Shown here one piece after another: positions 53,440 to 64,000 of a DNA stretch of 64,000 nt; the first letter of the stretch is position 1, and each line of letters opens with the position of its first letter. The notes beneath the pieces were generated by a model, which saw only the letters and a list, made by a program, of their open reading frames with translations, had not been told where the DNA came from and did not search any database. The translations under genes were made by a program, and so were the position numbers. Source of the stretch: Selaginella moellendorffii (taxonomy: Eukaryota; Plantae; Lycopodiophyta); contig NW_003314261.1 of NCBI RefSeq assembly GCF_000143415.4, positions 5,172,360-5,236,359 of the forward strand. The letters are read 5' to 3'.

Positions 53440-56400
53440 ATGGTAAGTCTTTTAGGCCAAGTAGAAAATGGCATGAGGCCACATGCCATTCAGTAGCAAC
53501 ATTGGCATGCACCGATTGGGCTCTCGAGTGCAGTCCGGTTACAGATGGCGTGTAGCCTCACGCCATCTTAGGATGCAGCCTCAAGACATCTGATGCAGTG
53601 GTGAATGGCGTGTGGCCTCACGTTATTTCCAGCTACTAGCTTTTCATCTGTCAGCTCTAATTGTTGTGCATTTCTGAACAGACGAGGAATTGCGTTCTTC
53701 TTCCAGCCACTGTCAATGTGGATGCAGAGAAGGGGGAGGAGCTCACCAGTTGGACTTTCGGGATAGAAGGCGAGGATCTGAGGCTGTACAACACAGATGG
53801 TGGGAGAAAAGAATGCATGGGGATCCTCATCCAAGTGACAGACACTCCATGCAGTTCCATGCAAGAATATGGACTGGCACTTGTGGTAGAGACAGCGTCT
53901 GCCTTCAAGATCCACCTTGCACATCCTAGCGGCTTCCCGGAGGGGGGCAGCGGCTATGAGGAATTCCTAGAGGGAGCTAGGGAGAGGTTTTCCAGGAGGC
54001 CCACAATTTCAAAGACGCTGCGGGTCTATGAAGATCACATGGAATCCACGGACCTCACCTACGGCGATGTTCAAAACTATATTCCAACATTGAGCCGTTG
54101 AGAGTGACTCCAGTTCGCGAAGCAAAGGGGAAGGGGGTCGATCTGGAAACTACCTCGAAGCAGAAAAGGGTGGTCAAGCTCAAGCCGACGTCCGACTCTC
54201 CTGCTCCAAAAAAGAAGCTACTCAGTGATGCCATTGCCTCAGGTTCGAACACTACACCCACCAAAAAGAAGAGCCGCAAAGAGCAGAAAGAGCAAGAAGA
54301 GGCAGCAAAAATCGTCGCAGATAATAGTACTTGTTACTATTCCAACAAAGTATATACAATCGACGTGAGCCGTATCGACATCCAAAGCAAATACAACCAC
54401 AGGCTAGTATCTGATGAGTGGGTGGAGAAATTGAAGCAGAAGATGCTGGCAAATCCAGTAACACCCGACATCGCAGACGTGATCCCCTACTACCAAAAAA
54501 TGAAGGGCGAGATGAGGTTTCCAGACTTGATCAATAGGAAGGTGTTGGACGATCAGAACATCCGGTTCTATGCCGTCTCCGGGCAGCATTCTAGCTTGGC
54601 AATGCAAGAGATAGTTGTGGATATTATGGTGGGCGAGGAGGTGAAGAAAGTCTTCAAGACAAGAGTTGTCCGCCTGATAAAAGGCAACTCGCCCCTCCGA
54701 TCTATCATATACATCTCCCACGCGCAGAATGTCAAGCAAGAAACGTGCTACAAATCGGGTCTGCACGAGACATTGGCACGAACACGGAAGCTCTGGGTTC
54801 AACTGAAGAAGCCACAAAAACCAGGACAAGGACGTGCACTAGCAACTAGCGCCTGGCAGGTAAGCCTCGTTGTATGTGGCATAGCATGTGGCCTCACGCC
54901 ATTTCCATTGCAGGAATTCTCGAGTCTTCTCTCGAAAACACTGGGGGTCAATGACACACTCAGCATCCATAACATTCTACTCGCGACAAAAGTTGTTTTT
55001 GACAAATGGGTAGATGTGCTGAGGAGGTACCATGACGGGGAGTTGCCAAACTCAATGGGTGTGGAGGACGGCCGGAAGCCCAATGATTTGAAGCTCAACG
55101 CCTTGCGTTTCTCGCGGTCTCTAGACGACGACGACCTTCTGACAGTGGCTAATGCTCTTCTACGTGGTGAGGTTGTCTTCAACAAGACCAAAATGACTCC
55201 CGGCCATATTGTGACATACGAGGACTTGTGCACGACTCTGAGAGCTCGTGCGCTATTGAAGGATTGGATCTTCGAGCAAGTGGCCGTGGAGAGGGTGAGC
55301 ATCGACACCACGCAAGAGATGATGGAAGCGCTGGAGTTGTCAAATGAAGACATCGACGAGTACGTGAAGGGGGCCCCCAAGTTCATCGATCTGCTGCGGG
55401 ATGCCACGAAAAGTAAAGCTGAGAAGTTGGATCAGTATCCAAATTTCATTAAGATTGATGTCGACCGCCGGCTTCAGAAACAGCTCGACCCCGCAGCAGA
55501 GGCCTATCGAGAACCTTACCGGGTATACTTGAATTCGGATGAGGATCAAAGGTGGAGGAGCATCGTTTCCCGCGGAGATGAGCAGGTCAAGAACATCTTT
55601 TGTGTGATGGACTTCACAAACGAGGAGATCACTCATGCAGACGAAGTCAGCTCCATCATTGACTTAATGGTGGGACTTGCGGAGGTGGAATCTTCAGTCC
55701 ACTATATGATCTACGACTCCGAATCCTATCACAAGTTTTGGAAGGCCTTGAACGAGGTGAAGGCTCGGTTGAAAGGCAAGGAGATGCGGGAGATCCATGG
55801 GATAATGGCTAAGAAGAAGATACCGACGAATGTCCGCATCTTCACACTCGCCCTTGTTATTGGTCCTGCAGCAGAGTGGGACTGGAGTGACTTCCCAGCT
55901 TCGTTTGACAAGGCCAATCGAATTGATCTGAGGGAGGTCAATTTACCCGTGCCTGAGGAACTGAAGACGGCTATGGAGCTTTCGAATCCAAAGAAAGCTC
56001 CAGGTGCAGCATGGGAAATGCTCAGCTGGGTCTTCAACGCAATAGCAGGTGGGTCACCTGCTTCCGACTCCAAGGGCAAATGCGTTGTCGAGTACAACTG
56101 TGGCGGACTATTCTTTCGAGCCGCACTACTCAAGGGTGTCCCGTGTGTTGCGGTGACAAACTCCATTGAAGAGGTGACTTCAATGGAGCATATAATTACA
56201 GTTGCCAAAGAAAAACAGTATCTTCTCTGCGAACCTGGTGAGTACGCACTTTAAGTTTAAATGTTATCTCACAAGCTCTGTATGCAGGAGCGTGGCCACC
56301 CCCAGATGCTGAAATGGCGTTAACAGCTACTGTTGAAGATACCCATGTTGGGCCGAGCTCACAACCTGCACAAGGTAAGGTCACATGAGGCCTCACGCCA

Positions 56401-59061
56401 TTTTGATTATAGATCGTTGTGAATATTCAGACACGAGGACTGAAAAGCGCACTGGTGGCGCATCGAAGAAGGACAAACAGAAAAGCAATAGGAAAAAAGG
56501 AGGTACAAATTATATTTGCAATGGCGTGTGGTCTCATGCCATTCCTTGCAGGAGAAACTTCTTCAAAGGCAAAACAGGCAAGCACCAGCCAAGCTCAAAC
56601 TGACAGTGGTCATAAAAAGCGAAAGCACGTTGGACAGTCGTCGAGATCAGAGGCGTTTGATTCGAAAAGGAAGAAGGGCAACGAAAAGATGATAGGTAAT
56701 GCCTCGCGGTTATGGCGTGTGTGCTCATGCCATTCATTGCAGATCAAGGGCTGAGTGAAAGCAGGCAGTCACCACCTCATGACTCAGATTCCTATGGCGG
56801 ACTCCCCTTCCCCAATCTCAATGGAGAGGTACAATGGATGAGGGAAGCTTTTCAAGGCAGGGCCACGTTTTTCTCATCTCGTCGTCTTCGAAGGGTGCAA
56901 GAACGTGCAGAAACCATGTTAAGACAGTCGGGTGAGGATACGGTCCTAAGTCACGCACTAAAACAGGCTATGGATGTCTTGTATTTTGAGATGGAGACTC
57001 GGCCAGATGATTTTCCCAAGATGGTCCTGGAAGAACAAGCCATCCAGCCTGAGCAGCCTATGGAAGAAATGCAGGAGGAGGATGAGGAGCCAGAGAAAGA
57101 TAATGAGCAAGAAGAGTAGAAGGACGAAGAGGAGGACAAAGAAGAGGAGGACGAAGAAGAGGAGGACGAAGAGGACTTGGATGGTCCTCACAATGGTGAC
57201 GATCACAATAACGACGACGACGATGATGACGACGATGGCCAGCCTGAGGTGGCCAAAGAGCGGCGGAGGAAGGTCATACAAGACAAACCATCAGGTAAAT
57301 AATAATACATCCATTCCTAACCTTTTACCATTTCTAACATTGTCCATGTAGGTCGCAGAGCAAATGGTAAGTAGAGATTATTCAGTTGAATTTACAAACT
57401 CTAGCCTTTAGTGTCGAGGAAGGATAGTGCCAAGCAAGGGTCGAAACGTATGTCCAATCCTTCAGAATCAGCAGTGCGCTCAAGTGATATCGGTCCTAGT
57501 TCCTCAATAGCAGTTGATGGTAAATACAGTATAGTCGATTCAATGTGCTAATGAGTTTGTTTTTAGTAGCACGGGAGGATACCATCTCAATCGAAGGGAG
57601 ATATTTGGACATGCATATGGATCCGCCAGTGGACTCTACTTGGCTGCAAGAGTCATCAGAGCTGGTGGAGGCTACTATCCATATCAACGCCAAGCAAGCT
57701 GACCACGCTCCACTTGATGCTGCCCATACCACTGAGTCAATCTTGTCCACGTATCCAACTGACGGTGACCAGGCGCCATTGGACCCACATGAGGCCGCCC
57801 CAGCTGCCGAGCCGGTCGTATCCTCATTTCCAACGGACTCAACGTGTGCCCAATCGTCTGACTACGCGCCGTTGGAACCTCCCTACACCGCCCCTGCTGC
57901 CTGTTCAGTCATGTCCACTTTGCCAACGGAGGCACCAGCTGAAATGGCGTGTGATCACACGCCATCGGAACCACCCCATGCCACTGTTGAGCCAGTTGTA
58001 CCAGAGTCTACAGCTGAAATGGCATGTGCCCACACGCCATCGGATGCGATTGACCCCACATTGCAGAGGAGAGTATTTCCGCCCTTCACGTTTCCTCGAC
58101 CAAAACCCTCTCAATGACCATCGGGAGCAACATTCGCTAATATTGTAGATGGTAAAATTGACTTGTACCATTTTTTATGCTGACGCATTTCATTTCAGAG
58201 TCACGGCGAAGGTACTGTATCGTTTTTGATCTGAACGGTGTCCTTTTCTCCCATGAGCGTGGCTCGTCCTCGAATGTCATTGCACCCTCCAAAGCCTGTG
58301 GTCGCAAGTTGGTCAAAAGAGACAGATTCACATTAATCACACGGGAGAAACTGCGGGATCTAATAATGACCATGCGACACTTAAAACAGAGGGCCGGGTT
58401 CAATTTGCAATTGGGAGTTTGGACATCCATGATGCGCCACAATGCATTAACGTTGCTACAGATGATGCACGATCAGACGCGAGTAATATTACCATTTGAC
58501 TTTCTCCTAACGCAGGAGGATTGCTTGACTATGGTCCATGTGAGGGGTAGCAAGCCCATCTTCGTCAAGCCAGAGGCTGTAGTGATGAACCGGACTGCTA
58601 GCTCAAGTGAAATCCTCATCATCGATGACTCGCCGATTAAAACTACAGCGAACACGCACACATATGCAGTGCACCCCATCTCTTGCAGTATGGAAACTAG
58701 GGAGAAGAAACCGTATGTTCTGGGGGACCTTGCAAAACGGCTTGGAGCGATGGTGATAGAGAACCGGCCAGTCCAGGAGGTGGCTGCAGAAATCAACCAA
58801 ATGGCAGATGGAACGGTATATCAGAAGCCATTTGATCGGACAGACACCAGTCATCATTTATGGCATGTATATTGTCTAGCCAAGCACTATCCGCATCTCC
58901 ATAATCTGCTCAACCGGATGGGTTCTTCGACCACTGAACATGAGCGTGGACGTATTAGAGAAGAGATGGCATTACTATTGGGTTTAAATCCTGATAGTGT
59001 GGAGAGTGATGAAATTCCAAGATTATTGTATAGGCGTTGGAGGCAAAAAATAACAGTCTGA
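53440..59061 (+). pseudogene. Transposon-borne multi-exon gene: ParB/Srx-like region, DNA-methylase-like Rossmann region, D/E-rich tract, FCP1/NIF-type HAD phosphatase; carries a frameshift and stops
   Basis: Long ORFs 53661-54101, 54098-56254, 56712-57119, 57545-58117 and 58177-59061, mostly linked by short GT-AG introns (e.g. 54860-54913, 56503-56551, 56696-56742). Motifs IDVSRI..NHR..WVEKLK..YAVSGQHSSLA; VVEYNCGG..AALLKGVPCVAV; IVFDLNGVL..VWTS..K..IIDDSPIK. The start codon and the single-gene model are inferred. Confidence 0.65.
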
Positions 59062-60243
59062 GATGGCATGTATTTATTTAAAAATGTAACTTATTATGGC
59101 ATGGGGTTCCATGCAATTGTATTAATATTAAAAGACAATTCTTTGAGAGGATTTGCATTATACTAGAAGTGTTACAGCATGTTATTGGAAGTCTACGAAG
59201 TTGTTTTATTAATAATGGGAAAGTAAAGATTGAATGGGGACTTGGGCTCCACCTAGACTCGGAGCAACTGAGCCAATATTAAAAGGATGGAAAGAAATTG
59301 GACGACGATGACAAGGAGAAGAGAGAGGTGAAGCAGTGGCAGGGGGAGGAGAAGTGATTGAGTAGACATTTCCTTGTTTAAAATAAAATGGCATGTGCCT
59401 CAATGCAGTTGAATTTTGTTATATTTATATACTATATAAAGGTTTGAAAACCTTATTTTACAAGTGGGATAATGACAATTCCCACTTTAACGAAATAGAG
59501 CTTATTTGGCATATCTACGAAATGTAGAGATTGTCTTGAACACAATGGTGTTCATCTCGTGTCTAAATTCGCAATCTAGAAACATTTCATATTTAATAAG
59601 TTTCAAATTTATCCCAAAGAGTAACTTCTGGTACTAAGGGTGGCTAAGGGTGAAAGCCTAAAGCATGTGTTTCTCAAGAGGGAAGTGTTATAGGGGGTTC
59701 CAAATGTATAGTAGGGATAGTGGGTAGGTTGGGCATGGTTGACCAATCTGAGGCATAGTCTAGCTCTTACTTGTGTGTTTATTCTTGTTCTATGTATGGC
59801 TTGGGTCTAAGCCCAAGTTCCATTCCATGTTAGTTGGTAGAGTACCCATATCTTTGTGTTAGGCCACCGATATGCTGAAATAATGCCAAATTCCATTTTG
59901 CTCCATTTTACATGTTGGTCCTGACATTGGGATGCTGGATGCTCTAGGACTATTTTAAGTTGCTCCGTGCTCCTATCCCTTCGCTCCTTGGGCTGTACAC
60001 TCAGGAGTCACTTTATGCTCTAGTTCCTTCACTCCTTAGCTCTATGCTTAGGAGTTTGGCTCCGTATCTTTGTTCAATGGCCCAAAGCCTTGAAACTCAG
60101 GTTTTGCACCATTGTCTTTTGGACACATGGCATATGGCACATGGCACATGAAGGGTTTAGGTTTCACTTTATGGTGTTATCCTATGATAAATCATTATAG
60201 GATAAAGGGTAAAAAACACATGCACTACAGGCACTCTCCTTTT

Positions 60244-60438
60244 TGTAAGCAACCAAAGGGAACGATTTGAGAGATGATCCATAGGGGTTCAAATATAGAG
60301 GGAAAGGGCCCATGAACAAGAGTGCACCCCCTTTTCTAATCGGTTAAGGGTCTTGGGATATTTGGGGTTAAGCGTCCTTTGGTTTGAATAGTACTGGGCT
60401 GAATGACCTCCCGGGAAGTCCAAACTCAAGAGCTTACA
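60244..60438 (+). mobile_element. Solo Cassandra-like LTR
   Basis: TGTAAG...CTTACA, 195 bp, with the 5S-derived segment and a perfect CTTTT TSD. Confidence 0.92.
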
Positions 60439-60482
60439 CTTTTGAAGTGCAAAAACAACTCGGCCTATCTCTTGTATTGCCC

Positions 60483-61658
60483 GCACTATCAATCTGAATC
60501 CTATCATAACATAGGATATCCGGTTTATATGAGTTCTTGGTGATGCCGTTTGGTTTGAACAATGCTCCCGCAACTTTCTAGCGGATGATGGACGAGGTTC
60601 TTTGCGATATGCCGGAAGTGACTGCTGACTTCATTGATGATGTCTTGATCCACTCGGAGGGGACGTGGGAGGAGCACGTTCGTGATGTTTGTAAAGTGTT
60701 GGATCGGCTACGTGATGTTGGTTTAAAGCTGAAGCGGTCAAAGCCCATCGAGCCGTACGACCAACCAGGTTCTTCTGCTTCAATAATGAAGTAACAGCAG
60801 CATGGTCACCTTCAAGTAACGTTCGAGAACCATGTAGATATGCATGAAGTTTCTCGAAACCCCAGACTGCTGCTAAACACTCCTTCTCCGTCGTGGAGTA
60901 GTTCATCTCCGCTGGTTGTAATGTACGGCTTATGTATGCAATGGGATGGCGCTGACCAGGCACACTTGAGCTCTCTTGCATCAACACACCTCCAAGACCA
61001 ATGTCAGAAGCATCCACGCGCAAAATAAAAGGTCGAGTGTAGTCAGGATATGCCAAAACCGGAGGAGTCGTCAATAGCTCTTTGAGATCCACGAACGCTC
61101 GCTCACAATCCGGAGACCAGATGAAAGATGACGTTGATGACTTCAGCAACGCTCGCAATGGTGTAGTGCGATCAGAAAGATGATCCACAAAACGCAATGT
61201 GAGTGCCTGGAATATGGAAAGGGAATACAGAAATGTGCATATCAATTAGCCCAAAAACCCTAGCTTATATACAGGAGCGAGTGGTCCGGATTGAAACCAA
61301 TCCGACGGCTACCAAAATCCACTACGCTAATATTAGTATACGGCATCGTAGCCATACACTTGGCCCTCACATCATCCCCTCCTCTCGGAATAATGGAAGG
61401 CCGTCAGGGTTCTCTTGTAGATGGGCCGGGATCTGGAGGAACATCAAGAGGAGGCATCGGCGGATCTGTAAACGGTATTAACTGCTCCTGATCCCTTTGT
61501 ATGAAGCGTTTTAACCGCTACACATGCACAATCTCCGGAGGATCGGCCTGTTGAACGTCATGCCGAACCTCATAAACTTGCGGTCCAACTTGCCGCAACA
61601 CCCGATACGATCCTTTCCACTGTGCAAGGCACTATCAATCTGAATCCTATCATAACAT
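60483..61658. mobile_element. Scrambled Ty3/gypsy RT/RNase H fragments between 30-bp direct repeats
   Basis: Plus strand MPFGLNNAPATF..FIDDVLIHS; minus strand VDASDIGLGG..NYSTTEKECLA; GCACTATCAATCTGAATCCTATCATAACAT at 60483-60512 and 61629-61658. Confidence 0.75.
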
Positions 61659-62554
61659 CAGGCACAATCCCCTTTGGTGGACAGGATAACTCCAATAAGA
61701 TTTGCATAGCCATGACTAAATAGTGTTTATAGCTAAGGAATGTTGAGTGAAGAACCTCTAAGTTAATCACATTTGGGATGATGTCGTAGAATTATCATAT
61801 CCTGGTAAAGCAAGAGCAGCATGCTCGTCAGCTTGTGTAGCCTTATAGTAGTTCCTAATGTGGTATAGAGCATGGTAGTTCCAAGAATAAACCTAGAAAA
61901 AAATAGAATAGAGTTAATCTGTAAATAAAAAAGTTATGCACTTTTTGCTTTTGCCCACTAGCACCTTTCATTTTCACCACCATACTCGAGAAAAGGCAAC
62001 TAGATGAAAACTTCACAAATCCACATTATTGTCAGCCAAGTGTGCAAGAAGGCCTTCCCACATTAAAGAGTGGGGAAGGAAGCTACTTGCAATCTATAAA
62101 ACTTGGGAAATGTGTTAGGCTTGCAACACATTCTATAAGGGAATATCCTTGTGTGGTGGTGACATCCCATTAGGAAGATCGAAAAAGATGTCTATCTTCC
62201 CATAATGTGTGAGTTAACCTAGGCTATGGATCCACCTATCAAGCATATAAAGCTCTTGACTAGTAGCATCTAAAAGTTGCATGTAATCCCTAATGAGAAC
62301 AACAACTTCCCCAACATTAACTGTTGGGGATAGAGGGCAAACCTGAAAAATAATTATTAAAACTAGAAGTTAGAGATAAAATTCATGCATAGCTATCTAG
62401 GTTGTTATCTATAGCATAAGGAGGGATGGGGAGAATGTCTTGGTCCACCAAAAAGACTGGTCACTACTCTCTACAACATCTTTGAGAAAAAAAAGTGAAG
62501 TCAAGAATGATTAAAAAATATTCCAAATTTAAGTCCTTACTCATATGAAAGTGT

Positions 62555-63600
62555 AACCCACAAATTTTTATTTTCTAATTTGCCAACTTACCTCATCTAT
62601 TCGACCACCATTGCTTTGGCTTTAGTTAAATTCCCTCACCAAGGTTTCTATCTATTATACTAACTTTTACTTGGTCTTACTTGGTTTCAACTACTCATTG
62701 CACGAGTAACAGAGTGTTAGCCATCCATCCACAAATTCCTAATTTCTCTTTCAATACCCCTTCCCGAGTTACACTGGACTTAAGGTTTGGCTACACAAGC
62801 AACTAAGCATACTAAGCCTCCAAGTTCCTAACATCTCTTGGTATAATAAAACTTGATCATGAGATCCTCTAAATCCCAAGCCTTAAGTGTATCACTTGTT
62901 TCAGGACCTCGGGGGGAAACACCGTGACCTAACAACTCGGTATAGGTACCTCTACTCCCCCACCTCCATCTTGAAAGGAAGGCCCAAGCCCCTAAGAAGG
63001 AGAGAGGACCAATGAGTTATAAGGTACTCAAGTGGGGCACCACTCCACATGAGTCAAAAGCACCATAATTGATTTCCTTTCCAGAAGTGGGAGTTACTTT
63101 TGAGCACTTCTTTGGGTGGCCCCTTTAGCACCACCCGAGTCCATGCTCACTCAATTAAGGCTCCTAAGCCCCAATCTCAACCTCAAGTTGATTTGGAAGC
63201 ACCACTAAAGAGTTCTTTCAAAATTGGTTCTTAGACCTCACTATCCCTACTCTACTTTTGGAACCCCTTACAACCCCCTTTGTTGGAGGATTGCTTTGGG
63301 CTTTCACACCACAATTTGTAATAGTATTTGGACTCGGTCTTGGATTTGATTTTGGACTTGGTCTCAGGCCCAATCTAGGACTTGATCTCGGACTTGGTCT
63401 TGGACTCAATCTTGGACTTGGTCTCAGGCCCAATCTCAAATCTTAGACTTGGTTTCAAACTCGGTCTTAGACTTGATCTTGGACTCGGTTTCATCTGATG
63501 AACTCTTTATCATTCTGGTCATGGTTTCAAGGATTTTTTAGCCTATGACATCTCAAGGAGCTAGTTCCTCATAGAAAGGCTTCACAATAGCCCCTTCAGG
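62555..63600 (-). mobile_element. Degenerate copy of the TE segment at 39780-40770 (hexamer array plus downstream region)
   Basis: Reverse-complement similarity to 39790-40770 along its length. Confidence 0.7.
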
Positions 63601-64000
63601 GGTTGCGAGGAGCAAGTATTGGAATCTCTTATACAATTTCCTTTGGTTCAATGGTATTTGGATTTGGCACCTCTTGAATGGTTTCTTGAGTGTGGATTCT
63701 TATATTTTGTTGTTCAACTTCAACAACATTATTTTCATAGTCAGAAAAAACCTCTAGAAAACAAGAATATAACTCAAGGTTAATATTTCTTAGCTAAACA
63801 TTGAGATTCAAGTGAACTTGGATGACATTTGAGGTAAAGATCCAACTCAAAGTCCAATATCAACATTTCCTCCATGATTTCAAGATACCATGGGCATAGC
63901 TCTCTCTCATGTGTACAAGGACAGTAGGACTATGGCTCATACATCCCACTTCTTGCCTCTAGTCAGAAGTCTATACAAAACAACAATTGTGTATATAGGT

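Larger units (their letters stand above)
46081..59503. mobile_element. 13.4-kb TIR DNA transposon, Sola-like, with cargo gene
   Basis: Perfect 24-bp TIRs AAGCTCTATTTCGTTAAAGTGGGA (46081-46104, 59480-59503); ATTT TSD (46077-46080, 59504-59507); joined flanks match an empty paralogous site at about 23492-23556. Confidence 0.92.

Noticed and set aside
46073-59507. 8-bp TSD GCTTATTT (hAT-like) for the large transposon
   Set aside because: It would truncate the right TIR asymmetrically; a 4-bp ATTT TSD gives perfectly symmetric termini and the transposase is not hAT-like.

Overview
Eukaryotic land-plant genomic DNA with two assembly gaps (30892-31609, 37402-37839). The 45-65 bp introns, TTTAGGG repeats and a Tcn1/Tf1-type chromovirus suggest a Selaginella-like lycophyte (inference). 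Host genes are few: a degraded AMP1/LAMP1-type glutamate carboxypeptidase, a disrupted ankyrin/PGG membrane-protein gene, an intact fibrillin (FBN9-like) and a small family of very hydrophobic secreted proteins. Most of the rest is nested Ty3/gypsy elements, TRIMs and 5S-carrying Cassandra-like elements. Main observation: a 13.4-kb DNA transposon (46081-59503) with perfect 24-bp TIRs, an ATTT TSD and a paralogous empty site at about 23512. It encodes a Sola-like transposase and a divergent multi-exon gene with ParB-like, DNA-methylase-like, acidic and FCP1-phosphatase regions. It also carries more than 20 copies of a 22-bp palindrome (ATGGCRTG-N6-CAYGCCAT), several inside introns, suggesting an element-specific protein/binding-site system. 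Also notable are a 16.4-kb inversion resolved to within a few bases (about 12015-28451) and a canonical spliceosomal intron inside a retrotransposon integrase.
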